Of a stretch of 64,000 bases of DNA, positions 47,682 to 56,572 are shown piece by piece (position 1 is the stretch's first letter; the number at the start of each line of letters is the position of its first letter). The stretch spans positions 1,084 through 65,083 of IMG/VR virus record IMGVR_UViG_3300010157_000062; one strand, 5' to 3'. The position numbers and the translations under genes were made by a program. The stretch is from a virus. Taxonomy: Duplodnaviria > Caudoviricetes. Under the pieces are notes generated by a model. The model did no database searches. It was not told the origin of the DNA and saw nothing but the letters and a program-made list of their open reading frames with translations.

Positions 47682-48482
47682 TCACGGTACGACATAACCT
47701 TTTTCTTTAAGGTTTTCAATGTCCATTTCAAAATAGGGATATAGTATTGTAGCAGAAACAATAGGTGTTGTCAATACCATTTCTTGAATATTTTCAGGCC
47801 ATCTGCCCTCCATTTCGGTAAATTTCCATTTGTATAGGAAATTAGCCCACGAAAGTTCTCTGTATTTGTGTGAACGGGATTGTTCCTCATACCGTTCAGA
47901 ATGTGGTTCTGGACGTTTAGCGAGATGTTGTGTTGGTTTCCATACACGACCATGTGCAAAATCATTGATTGAAGATTTTTCTGGTAAATATTTGATTGCT
48001 CGAAGGAAATAATCACCTTCACCAAATCCATAGTGAAAGCGTTCATCCCACATGCCAATCTTCTTTACTGCGTTTGGTGTATATGCACACACCATATCAC
48101 CAGCATCATCAGCATAGAAGTCAAAGTCTTTCATCACTTTGAGTAGTTGTGGAATCCAATCATAATTCCATACTGTATCATCTTGGACAGTGACAACAAT
48201 ATCTGCATCAGGCTCATTTAGATTTTTGAAACCGTGAATGATTGCCATGTTCCACATACGTGCAAGCATTGCGGTTGCAAAGTCTGGAGTTCCACGATTG
48301 TGTATCACATTTACATGTGGTGCAAACCGTGGATCGATTGTGAAATTTGTATGATTGTTGATGACGTTAACGTGAATGTCAACACCTTCTGGTATAGGAT
48401 TAAAACCTTCAAATAACGTATGAAGGTTTACTTCCAGTGCTACTGGATCCTGCCACGTTACAATGAAGATTTTAATTCTCAT
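47682..48482 (-). CDS. GT-A fold (GT2-like) glycosyltransferase
   Basis: LARMWN, VTVQDD, KKIGMWDERF, EGDYFLRA. Confidence 0.65.
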   Translation of the reverse strand: MRIKIFIVTWQDPVALEVNLHTLFEGFNPIPEGVDIHVNVINNHTNFTIDPRFAPHVNVIHNRGTPDFATAMLARMWNMAIIHGFKNLNEPDADIVVTVQDDTVWNYDWIPQLLKVMKDFDFYADDAGDMVCAYTPNAVKKIGMWDERFHYGFGEGDYFLRAIKYLPEKSSINDFAHGRVWKPTQHLAKRPEPHSERYEEQSRSHKYRELSWANFLYKWKFTEMEGRWPENIQEMVLTTPIVSATILYPYFEMDIENLKEKGYVVP

Positions 48483-48766
48483 AATACCATTCTAATCAAA
48501 CCAACCGAATCAATTGTCACCAAGAGCAGGTAGTTAGCCAGCATCCCAAAAGATTTCCGAGTATAACTAGCCCAAGCATACAAGGAGCAACCAATAATCC
48601 AGATAGGATACAACGCCAATAGAGGTGGATTGGGGACTGTAACAGCCATGGTGATTGCACAACCAATACTAATCCCCCAAGCAAGCAACTCAACAAAAAA
48701 ACGAAAACGATTAGAACGATAATCATTTTTAATCCAACCAAAAATGTTTTCTAGTGTATGATACAT
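48479..48766 (-). CDS. Small multi-pass membrane protein
   Basis: Three hydrophobic segments. Confidence 0.7.
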   Translation of the reverse strand: MYHTLENIFGWIKNDYRSNRFRFFVELLAWGISIGCAITMAVTVPNPPLLALYPIWIIGCSLYAWASYTRKSFGMLANYLLLVTIDSVGLIRMVL

Positions 48767-48769
48767 GAA

Positions 48770-49066
48770 TTAATTAAATTCAACACCTTTACCGTCTTCT
48801 TGTGCCTTGATTGTTGGCATATCTTTCTTGACTTTTGGAAAGCGTTTTGCAATATCATCAGCCGAAACTGTTTGCATTGCGAATTGCATGAATGCAGTAT
48901 AGCTATCTGATACTGTCATGGTGCGTGGACCGCCGGCTTCTTGTGCGGCAAAATAGAGAACACAGCCACCCGAAACCAATGGTGCAATCTCAATTACATT
49001 GTCTAGATTGACAATGAGTTTGCAGTTTTTAGGTGCAACGGAATTAACTTCAACGAATGTAGTCAT
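48770..49066 (-). CDS. Hypothetical protein (98 aa)
   Basis: GAGG RBS; operonic. Confidence 0.65.
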   Translation of the reverse strand: MTTFVEVNSVAPKNCKLIVNLDNVIEIAPLVSGGCVLYFAAQEAGGPRTMTVSDSYTAFMQFAMQTVSADDIAKRFPKVKKDMPTIKAQEDGKGVEFN

Positions 49067-49075
49067 AATAACCTC

Positions 49076-49213
49076 TTAATAAAAAAAATAAAACCCAACC
49101 AACATCATAAAACAAAAAACACCAAAAGTCAAGGCATAAATCCTTCTCTTTCGGTGTTTTTCGATTTCTTGATATATCTTTACCTGATCTAGGAATAACT
49201 CAAAATTGTCCAT
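49076..49213 (-). CDS. Small membrane protein (45 aa)
   Basis: Hand-translated MDNFELFLDQVKIYQEIEKHRKRRIYALTFGVFCFMMLVGFYFFY; CTAAATA at 49244-49250 upstream. Confidence 0.5.
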   Translation of the reverse strand: MDNFELFLDQVKIYQEIEKHRKRRIYALTFGVFCFMMLVGFYFFY

Positions 49214-49253
49214 AATAAAAAACCAAAATTTTCTAAGATATATTATTTAGCAA

Positions 49254-49397
49254 TTAGTTCCACTGTTTGGATTTTCTACTGTATTCGATAGTCAATCGTT
49301 CAATGTCACCAATGTTTTTTGGATGTCTAGATAAAATAAATTGTTCTAATTCGGAACTATATGTACTCACAAATAGTTTTTTGAACACCTTCATCAT
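49254..49397 (-). CDS. Small protein, DUF3563-like (47 aa)
   Basis: Hand-translated MMKVFKKLFVSTYSSELEQFILSRHPKNIGDIERLTIEYSRKSKQWN; directly after the phasin-like gene. Confidence 0.5.
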   Translation of the reverse strand: MMKVFKKLFVSTYSSELEQFILSRHPKNIGDIERLTIEYSRKSKQWN

Positions 49398-49398
49398 A

Positions 49399-49617
49399 TT
49401 AAACTACCTTGGCCGCTTTTTGCACAGCGTTTGTTGCTTCCTCTGTAACGCGAGTCGAAATATCAGTGAAGGATTTTACGATCTGTTTCGTGAATGCAGT
49501 TTGTGCATCAACAAATGCGTTAAGTGGTTTGCGAATGTTTTCATCCGTAATAAATGTGGACACGAAATACTTTTTGGAACCTTGAACGGTATCGATGAAT
49601 TTGTCTGTTGCGAACAT
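49399..49617 (-). CDS. Phasin-like amphipathic helical protein
   Basis: FIDTVQGSKKYFV...LNAFVDAQTAFTKQ; AGGAG RBS; TGC-type palindrome upstream. Confidence 0.5.
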   Translation of the reverse strand: MFATDKFIDTVQGSKKYFVSTFITDENIRKPLNAFVDAQTAFTKQIVKSFTDISTRVTEEATNAVQKAAKVV

Positions 49618-49696
49618 TTTTTTCTCCTAAATTTAGCGAGGGTTAATAAAAGCAGTAATCATATTAGCATTACTACTTAGATTATATAGGATATTT

Positions 49697-49711
49697 TGTT
49701 GCGGTGCAACA
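49697..49711. promoter_or_regulatory. Palindrome TGTTGC-GGT-GCAACA (PhaR-like operator candidate)
   Basis: Perfect 6-bp arms about 80 nt upstream of the phasin-like gene. Confidence 0.45.
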
Positions 49712-49733
49712 TGGATTCCATAGAATACCAAGT

Positions 49734-49991
49734 CTAAAGTTTTTCAATGTAATTGTACTGTAGATGACGTTTAGCCTCATTCACTGAATGAGTTTTGTGG
49801 CCATTGATGTAAATAACTTTTGGTGAATACACCAAAATCTCACCATCAATCATTTTCAGTCGATAGAAGGTTTTACCCTTAGAATCAACTTCTTTGGTTC
49901 GAATATCACGGAAATTCTCAGCGAGACCGGACCACATAAGTGTTTCACGAATCTCATCCGAGATTAACATACGAAAATAGTTTGCATTCAT
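49734..49991 (-). CDS. Hypothetical early protein, probably leaderless
   Basis: ATG 5 nt downstream of TATAAT. Confidence 0.65.
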   Translation of the reverse strand: MNANYFRMLISDEIRETLMWSGLAENFRDIRTKEVDSKGKTFYRLKMIDGEILVYSPKVIYINGHKTHSVNEAKRHLQYNYIEKL

Positions 49992-49996
49992 AATAT

Positions 49997-50058
49997 ATTA
50001 TAACACAACCACAGTAAAATGGCAAGCATTATTTCACGTTTGTTGCAAAAAAACAACA
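49997..50058 (-). promoter_or_regulatory. Early promoter TTGCCA-N17-TATAAT with upstream TGTTG-N8-CAACA
   Basis: -10 at 49997-50002, -35 at 50020-50025, palindrome at 50041-50058. Confidence 0.8.
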
Positions 50059-50085
50059 GTCTGGAACGCTCTAGGAGCGCCTAGG

Positions 50086-50286
50086 TCACTTGGTGCTGGT
50101 TACGGCTTCGACCAGTCGCTTCCATTCATCTTGATTGAGGAAAAACTCAACCCTAGACTGTATGGCATCAGGAAACTTAGCGCCTTGGTATTTGGTCATG
50201 ATTTTCACATGTTTGAGTTCACGTATATCATTCACTTCTAAAAAGTATTGATATTGTTGATAGTGGTCAGAAATTTCATATATCAT
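50086..50286 (-). CDS. Hypothetical protein
   Basis: ATGA overlap with the AAA gene. Confidence 0.6.
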   Translation of the reverse strand: MIYEISDHYQQYQYFLEVNDIRELKHVKIMTKYQGAKFPDAIQSRVEFFLNQDEWKRLVEAVTSTK

Positions 50287-51482
50287 ACAAACCCCATTTT
50301 GTTTTGAATTGGTTTTTTCATATTTGTATTCTGTTCAAAGAACACATCGGCGATTGACCATGAAGTACGTTCAAGGTTCAATTTTGTTCCAACTTTTGAT
50401 GCCAACTTTTGAGCCTGTTCTTGGTTTAATTCATCAAAGTGTAGAATGTCATAGCAACGACCAGGACGGATAAGTGCAGAATCAATATCACGAATGGATG
50501 GGAGGTTTGTGGAGAAGATTAGCTTCTTGTTACGTGTAGTCACAAGACCATCACCAACGTTTAGAAATTTGTGCATCATTGTGTTACCTTCAGAACGTGC
50601 TTTTAGGAACATATCAGCATCTTCTAGAACCAAGACATTCTTTTCACCTTCAATGAAGTTGGCAAAAACATAATCTTTCTCCAGAACATTTGAATCATAA
50701 GATACAATCGCGGATGCTTCAGAGTGTTGTAGTAGCCCACGAATGAATGTGGTCTTTCCTGTTCCAGGTGGACCAATCAACAACAGAATAGATGCAGATG
50801 AGTGCATGAAGCCGTTATAAAATTCGGCGAGTGTTTGACCTTCAAGAAACGGATACATTTCTTCAACGGGCATACGGTCATGACGGAGTGGAATTTCAAT
50901 AGAAGAACCATCAGCGGAATAAATCCATTCAATTTGGTTTGTTACGAACTCAAAATCTTTTTCGAATCGTGTTTCATAGTCTCTGACGAATTCATCATCA
51001 CCAACCAATTCAACAGATACGTGTGTTGAGTGAATGTTGAAATACAGGTATGACAGTGATTCATCATCAAAGAAATAGCCATTGCCATTTTCAAATTGAA
51101 AACGGCGGATGTCTTGAATGGTGTCAATATAATCCATCCATTCTTTCTTTGACGCATACATGCTCAAACGCTTTTGAAAGGTTTCAAGACCACGTTCAAA
51201 ACGTTCCTGCAAAATCTTTGTCAAAAACAGGTCTGCAATATCGTTTGCACCTAGGAAAATATCATTCGCTTTTTCTTCATTCATTTGTATGCCTTCGTTT
51301 CTCCACCATTGTAGACGTTTTTTCTTAGTCATTTGACCTGCCCATATAATTTCATTTTTTTGGTTTTGTTTTCTTGATTTTCCACCAGATTTACCGACAC
51401 TTCTTGAAAGCGAGGCAAGCCAGCTATCGATTCTTTTCGAAACAGAAGACTTTCTTTTAAGAGTTCTAAACTTCCGACTCAT
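50283..51482 (-). CDS. AAA+ ATPase
   Basis: GPPGTGKT, LVLEDAD, FLNVGDG, IFSTN, DSALIRPGRC; start position uncertain. Confidence 0.88.
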   Translation of the reverse strand: MSRKFRTLKRKSSVSKRIDSWLASLSRSVGKSGGKSRKQNQKNEIIWAGQMTKKKRLQWWRNEGIQMNEEKANDIFLGANDIADLFLTKILQERFERGLETFQKRLSMYASKKEWMDYIDTIQDIRRFQFENGNGYFFDDESLSYLYFNIHSTHVSVELVGDDEFVRDYETRFEKDFEFVTNQIEWIYSADGSSIEIPLRHDRMPVEEMYPFLEGQTLAEFYNGFMHSSASILLLIGPPGTGKTTFIRGLLQHSEASAIVSYDSNVLEKDYVFANFIEGEKNVLVLEDADMFLKARSEGNTMMHKFLNVGDGLVTTRNKKLIFSTNLPSIRDIDSALIRPGRCYDILHFDELNQEQAQKLASKVGTKLNLERTSWSIADVFFEQNTNMKKPIQNKMGFV

Positions 51483-51592
51483 TGAATTCTACTGCCCATG
51501 TTGCCCAATCTTGACGTTTAATATTGCTCGAATCAATATGATTGTCTTTGCAAAATTTCCATGCATCAAGATAAAAGTGAAAGAGTTCCATG

Positions 51593-51784
51593 TTAAATTG
51601 TCCTCGCTTTGTATTCAAAATTCCAGTATTGTCGACCATCTGGAGTATACTCTATGTTACCGCGTCTGTCAACAGTTTCCAGCCATCGACAATCATTGTT
51701 TGCCACAGTGACAGGAAACCATGCGAACCAATTGTGCCATTGCATTTTACCTGAATAGTCCTTTGGTCCACATTTAAGTTTCAT
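51593..51784 (-). CDS. Hypothetical Trp-rich small protein
   Basis: WHNWFAWFPV...RWLE.V.R. Confidence 0.6.
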   Translation of the reverse strand: MKLKCGPKDYSGKMQWHNWFAWFPVTVANNDCRWLETVDRRGNIEYTPDGRQYWNFEYKARTI

Positions 51785-52347
51785 TTGGGAAAACTCCATC
51801 CTCTGGCTGTGTATTTTTCAACACGTTTTTTTGATAGTGCATACGCATTTGGATGCTCATTCTTAATCAAATGTTTGTTAAGAATTGCATTGTATTGTTT
51901 TTGAGATATATGTAATTTGTTGTCTGATATTCCATACCAAGGCATACAATGTACAAAATCAAATGTGCTACGTGAATCAGCATTAGCAAGTGTAATCACT
52001 TGTATTGAATTTTTAAATGTGGTGGCATTTGCAGTCACCAATTTGCCTTCAATCTGCACATCAACATATTTTTCATCAGCATCTTGAATCAAATTTTTAT
52101 CCAAATCCGAATTTACATATCGTCTGAAAAAAGCTATGTCGTGTGAATGCCGTAAATACAAATCATAGTCTTTAGGTGTTTCATCATGCATGAGTGAAGG
52201 AATGGCACCACCACTAAGAATGGCATTATTCTTCAAGAAATCTCTAAGAGTTTCTGGAAGTCCATTCAGCAAAAAGTTAATGTTTTCAAACAAAACCTTC
52301 TTTACTTGCAGTACATGTTCTTTATCAATTTCTTTAAGTACCAGCAT
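51781..52347 (-). CDS. Nucleotidyltransferase-fold protein
   Basis: AILSGGAI.S......PKDYDLYL (hGG...DxD), NATT, FDFVHC. Confidence 0.6.
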   Translation of the reverse strand: MLVLKEIDKEHVLQVKKVLFENINFLLNGLPETLRDFLKNNAILSGGAIPSLMHDETPKDYDLYLRHSHDIAFFRRYVNSDLDKNLIQDADEKYVDVQIEGKLVTANATTFKNSIQVITLANADSRSTFDFVHCMPWYGISDNKLHISQKQYNAILNKHLIKNEHPNAYALSKKRVEKYTARGWSFPK

Positions 52348-52687
52348 AATGCATCCTCAATATTTTAACTTGATCGCTTGGTGCAAGGTAACAACGGGAC
52401 CTCACAAGGATATCACGAGTTATATTATCTCGCAGTTGTGTAAATTCAACAAGACCATTTGAAATCATGTATTCAGCCATTTGATGTGCCATCGATGTTT
52501 TCAAAAATTGTCGAAATTCTTCTTCCGTTCCATATGAGAGCACCTTATGTTCAGCCACACGGATCGTACCTTGCACCATTTTACCACCGATTACAACATC
52601 TTTATATGTGAAGTTGAAATCGTCAAAAGGCGAGGCTCCATCATGTGGAGCCTGCCTAAAATGTGATGGTGGTTTCACCAATGCCAT
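52334..52687 (-). CDS. Hypothetical protein (117 aa)
   Basis: Overlaps both neighbours. Confidence 0.6.
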   Translation of the reverse strand: MALVKPPSHFRQAPHDGASPFDDFNFTYKDVVIGGKMVQGTIRVAEHKVLSYGTEEEFRQFLKTSMAHQMAEYMISNGLVEFTQLRDNITRDILVRSRCYLAPSDQVKILRMHYAGT

Positions 52688-53046
52688 TAAACTGTTTCAG
52701 TTGATGCAATATCGTTGGTTTCAGTAGCTTTTTGCTTCTGACGTTTAACTGGTACAACAGGTGCAACAGGTTGCACGGGTTGTACACGACCAATATAGCG
52801 ACCTTCGGGAGAAAACTCTTGAAAGTTAACCAATTGATATCCAGTCACTTTACGACCATCTTTGTAAACACGGACAATTCCACCATCTTTGCGGATGTTG
52901 TAAATGTTGGTCGACAAACGATAGAGAACACCTTCTTGGTCACTGCCTTTGAAACAGGACTCAATCTCTGCGGGGGAGACAGGCTTGCCAGAGAGCATAA
53001 CGCAAGCAATTTTTTCGTGACGATTAATTTTAGTAGTAGTACGCAT
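52687..53046 (-). CDS. Putative winged-HTH DNA-binding protein
   Basis: LSGKPVSPAEI...RLSTNIYNIRKDGGIV...K..RKVTGYQL. Confidence 0.5.
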   Translation of the reverse strand: MRTTTKINRHEKIACVMLSGKPVSPAEIESCFKGSDQEGVLYRLSTNIYNIRKDGGIVRVYKDGRKVTGYQLVNFQEFSPEGRYIGRVQPVQPVAPVVPVKRQKQKATETNDIASTETV

Positions 53047-53137
53047 AATATATTTCCTTTAAAAAGAGTTTTACCAGATTCAAGTGTAACAGAGTGGCAG
53101 TCTGGTGGCAACCACTCTGTTGTTAAAATACCACAGT

Positions 53138-54310
53138 TTAGAATGGTACTTCATCATTAGGTGAATATGTTGGTACAGGTCCGGCATTTGCCTCTGCAAC
53201 TTTAACATCAACCTTTGAATACAGGTCAAGGAAAGAATCCTTGGTTTCTTGGTCAAAACGATTCACACAGAGTTGAATTGCCTTTTGACGATCTTTAAAG
53301 ATTGCATAGGTCTTTGAAATGTGTACCAAACGGCGAGTAGAGATAATTTCATCAACACCACCTTCGGCAAATGTTTTACGGATAACATCAGCCCACTTTA
53401 CAAGATTCTCCGCAAACTCATCATCATTCAATAATGGTTTCAGAATCTTGAGTTCGACTTTGGCTTCAGGATATTCCTGTTCTACGGTAATATTGAAACG
53501 TTCAAGGAACGCATCATCAAGAATTTGTGAGAGGTAGCGACCTTCTTCGGAGCCACGGCCCTTGGTGTTTGCGGTGGCAACAACGTTGAAGCCACGTTTT
53601 GGATAAATGTACTCGCCAGACTTTTTGTTGAAGTAAGGTTTGCCCTCCAGAATACCTTGGAGACACATCAGTTTGTTGGAGCCACGGTCAACTTCGTCAA
53701 TCAATAGGATTGCACCACGTTTCATGGCAGTCATAACAGGACCATCACGGTACACCACGTTACCATCGACCAGTGTTGGACCACCAATCAGGTCAGATTC
53801 ATCAGTCTCAACGGAGATATTCACACGGATGCATTCACGTTTGAGTGTAGCACACACTTGTTCAACCATCAGTGTCTTACCGTTTCCTGACATACCAGTA
53901 ATAAACACAGGGAAGAATTCCTGTGATAGCACGATTGAAGTCAGGTCTTTGTAGAAACCAAAAGGAACATAGCCTTGGTATTTTTCGGGAATAGAAGTGT
54001 CTGCATGGTCTTCAAGTTTCTTTTGACGGAGAACATGAACGGTTGCAGTTTGTGCCATATCAACAGTTGAGGCTTCTTCAACAACAGTTGTGGTTGCAAC
54101 AGGACGCACGGTATCAGGTGCATCAGGCAAACGATATTGGCCACGATTCGAACGGAATTCTTGACGGGTAACAAACCAGAAGGGATAAGGAACAGAACGT
54201 TCATCAACAACGTGTTGAATTTGGTCACGGCTCAAAATTGCATTCTCGCCAAAAATCTCAGTAGCGGCTTGGACGAATGCTTTTGCATTACGATTCATAA
54301 AGTTCTCCAT
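53138..54310 (-). CDS. cobS: CobS/MoxR-like AAA+ ATPase
   Basis: ITGMSGNGKT, ETDESDLIGG, LLIDEVD, ATANTKGRGS, LDDAFLERF, ISTRRLVHI. Confidence 0.88.
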   Translation of the reverse strand: MENFMNRNAKAFVQAATEIFGENAILSRDQIQHVVDERSVPYPFWFVTRQEFRSNRGQYRLPDAPDTVRPVATTTVVEEASTVDMAQTATVHVLRQKKLEDHADTSIPEKYQGYVPFGFYKDLTSIVLSQEFFPVFITGMSGNGKTLMVEQVCATLKRECIRVNISVETDESDLIGGPTLVDGNVVYRDGPVMTAMKRGAILLIDEVDRGSNKLMCLQGILEGKPYFNKKSGEYIYPKRGFNVVATANTKGRGSEEGRYLSQILDDAFLERFNITVEQEYPEAKVELKILKPLLNDDEFAENLVKWADVIRKTFAEGGVDEIISTRRLVHISKTYAIFKDRQKAIQLCVNRFDQETKDSFLDLYSKVDVKVAEANAGPVPTYSPNDEVPF

Positions 54311-54324
54311 AATAAGATGTTTCT

Positions 54325-54388
54325 ATTGTATCACATTTTTTGCCACATGGCAACCATTTTTTGGTAGATATGTTGCATAGAAACAACA
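54325..54388 (-). promoter_or_regulatory. Early promoter TTGCCA-N17-TACAAT with TGTTG-N8-CAACA
   Basis: -10 at 54325-54330, -35 at 54348-54353, palindrome at 54371-54388. Confidence 0.75.
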
Positions 54389-54461
54389 ATCATGTACCAG
54401 TTTATATCCATATTCACCTCTTTCCATTCTTGTTTGTTGCATAAGTAGGTATGTCCATCCT

Positions 54462-54713
54462 TCAGAGAAGGTTAACCTGGATATCCACCTTAGTAGCCAC
54501 CATCTTATCATCATAGTAAGTGTATGTGGTACCAAAACCACTAACATCTTCCCTTGCACAGGTTGCCAATGCATTCCATACAGCAACCCTTTGTGTAGTA
54601 AACACAAACTTATCTTCAAGGTCTTTCACTTTCATAATGAAGCCAACACCGTTCACAATAGCACGGAATTTCTGAGTATTGTTCAGACCCCAAATCAGTT
54701 GTTTTGTACGCAT
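54462..54713 (-). CDS. Hypothetical early protein
   Basis: AAGGA RBS downstream of the promoter at 54744. Confidence 0.65.
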   Translation of the reverse strand: MRTKQLIWGLNNTQKFRAIVNGVGFIMKVKDLEDKFVFTTQRVAVWNALATCAREDVSGFGTTYTYYDDKMVATKVDIQVNLL

Positions 54714-54743
54714 TTTAGTTCCTTTGTTGCTGTGTATGGTTCT

Positions 54744-54806
54744 ATTATACCAGAAACCAAAAAAAAGGCAACCATAAAGATTGCCCTTTGTTGTTTTTTT
54801 ACAACA
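54744..54806 (-). promoter_or_regulatory. Early promoter TTGCCT-N16-TATAAT with TGTTG-N8-CAACA
   Basis: -10 at 54744-54749, -35 at 54766-54771, palindrome at 54789-54806. Confidence 0.75.
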
Positions 54807-54808
54807 AC

Positions 54809-55042
54809 TCACCAGTACCCATCGGAAGAACCAAGAACGTATTGGTAAACATGTTTCCGTCCGTCCTCACCAGTTTGATACACCTCATCAGGTGTTTTTC
54901 CATCAAATGCTTTGTTCTCGGAATTCCACCATGCATCAACCAATTCAATACGACCTAACATAGGTTGCAACAGTTGATTGATGTCAGATTTTATAATTAC
55001 ATTTTCAATTTGACGCTTACGCCAGCCTTGAGCCGCCATCAT
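54809..55042 (-). CDS. Small protein resembling the Xre/MbcA/ParS antitoxin C-terminal domain
   Basis: WWNSENKAFDGKTP motif. Confidence 0.45.
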   Translation of the reverse strand: MMAAQGWRKRQIENVIIKSDINQLLQPMLGRIELVDAWWNSENKAFDGKTPDEVYQTGEDGRKHVYQYVLGSSDGYW

Positions 55043-55281
55043 TTAACTCCGAAAAGTGATTTAATTAGAATTGCACCAAAACCTGGATCATATGGAAAAG
55101 GTTCATCTTTCCATTTAATTAGTTCATTGGCACATTCCCGTACAACCAATTCACCAAACTTTTTGAATTCTTCTTCATAATTGGAAGACCAATCAATCAC
55201 TTGACCTTCTGGTCGCCAAGACTCATCTTCCCAAAAACAAAAGCCGGCTTCTTCGGCTAATCTTTTAAAATTTTCATTCAT
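55039..55281 (-). CDS. MNERIKEL-family small protein (divergent copy)
   Basis: MNENFKRLAEEAG...KFGELVVRECA...IKSLFGVK. Confidence 0.7.
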   Translation of the reverse strand: MNENFKRLAEEAGFCFWEDESWRPEGQVIDWSSNYEEEFKKFGELVVRECANELIKWKDEPFPYDPGFGAILIKSLFGVK

Positions 55282-55699
55282 CTTCGTTAACCTCAGTATT
55301 ATCAATCAAATCTTGTTCTTTGGCGTGTGTATCACATGCAGTGTAAATCCATCCATGACCACGGCGTTTACCTGGAGCACCACATGTTTCACACATGATA
55401 GTTGACATAGATTCGGCAAACCAAATAAAATCGTTGATTCGGTTATCACCACCATCACCATAGAATCGTAGAGAACCATACTTTTCTTTTACTTGGGATG
55501 CAACGAATTGTGGAGTTCCTTCCTTTGCATTTCTATTGAGGTGATGTTGAATCTCACTGCAAAGTCTATTGATAAGTGGGTACCAACCATCACCACAATC
55601 GAAACCCCAACACATGGCAGTTTCTTTCATGTCACCAAAACGATTAGCAAAAATCTTTGGATAATCTTTACACAGTTTTTTATCTAGTTCTTGTCTCAT
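55274..55699 (-). CDS. Hypothetical protein with Zn-ribbon
   Basis: CGDGWYPLI, QVKEKYGSLRFY, CETCGAPG, TACDTH. Confidence 0.75.
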   Translation of the reverse strand: MRQELDKKLCKDYPKIFANRFGDMKETAMCWGFDCGDGWYPLINRLCSEIQHHLNRNAKEGTPQFVASQVKEKYGSLRFYGDGGDNRINDFIWFAESMSTIMCETCGAPGKRRGHGWIYTACDTHAKEQDLIDNTEVNEDE

Positions 55700-55902
55700 T
55701 ACCAGTCCTTCACATCAGTGATATCAATAGTTGTGTCTTTGTTGTCGAATAGGTCAAACTTCACACGAACAGATGTACCAATACCGGATGAATGGTCAGT
55801 TTCAACTTCAAATTGTTTAATGTCTTTGAAGTGTTGTGCAATCTCATACAGTTTTTCAATCTGTTCGTGATTTAAAATAATGTTCTTAGACTTAGCCATC
55901 AT
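55699..55902 (-). CDS. Hypothetical protein
   Basis: Coupled to neighbours; SSGIG motif. Confidence 0.6.
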   Translation of the reverse strand: MMAKSKNIILNHEQIEKLYEIAQHFKDIKQFEVETDHSSGIGTSVRVKFDLFDNKDTTIDITDVKDW

Positions 55903-56096
55903 TAACCTCCGTAATATTTAATAACTCTATTAAGTGCCTCAATCAGTAACGTGTTGTCACACACATCTTCGGGGTGCAAATATGCACCTTTTTTAAAGTC
56001 TTTCAATTCTTTTTTGAGGTATGCTTGGTGGTCTTTGAGTCTAAGCAAAGTGATACGCTCAGCCGTTTCATAATCAATTTCAAGTTTTTTTGACAT
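55902..56096 (-). CDS. Hypothetical protein
   Basis: Coupled to neighbours; LHPEDV motif. Confidence 0.6.
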   Translation of the reverse strand: MSKKLEIDYETAERITLLRLKDHQAYLKKELKDFKKGAYLHPEDVCDNTLLIEALNRVIKYYGG

Positions 56097-56572
56097 TATG
56101 GTACCTTCCAAATTTCTTTAAAGCCTTCATCTTCGGTTGGTTCTTGCCAACCATCAATCATCGATTGAAGTACATCCGATGGTATCACTTTTCCTGGTCT
56201 GTTGGCAAGTCTTTTTTGAAGTTCTTCAGGCCCCGGGATCCGAAAAACCACTGCAATTGCATAATATTCCGGGAGCATTCGGAATTTCTTCGCCCTTGTG
56301 GAGATTGTAGTAGATGTTTGGTCCCAGATAATGTTCTTTCCTTCATCACGTGCGACATTTACTGCATCTGCCATTTTTGCAACGGCAATTGGCATATATT
56401 CTTCAAACACTTCGGTATAAGTTTTACCAACACTCTCCGCATATTCCTCAACATATTTGTCGGTAGAAATGTATACACAATCGGACATCCAAAACTCTTG
56501 GTTTTTTATCCATGTGGACTTACCAGAACCTGGTACACCAATCATCATGTACAGATTAGGTTTTTTGTTCAT
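56096..56572 (-). CDS. P-loop kinase (AAA_33 / polynucleotide kinase-like)
   Basis: MMIGVPGSGKSTW, ISTD, IIWDQT, PTEDEGF. Confidence 0.82.
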   Translation of the reverse strand: MNKKPNLYMMIGVPGSGKSTWIKNQEFWMSDCVYISTDKYVEEYAESVGKTYTEVFEEYMPIAVAKMADAVNVARDEGKNIIWDQTSTTISTRAKKFRMLPEYYAIAVVFRIPGPEELQKRLANRPGKVIPSDVLQSMIDGWQEPTEDEGFKEIWKVP

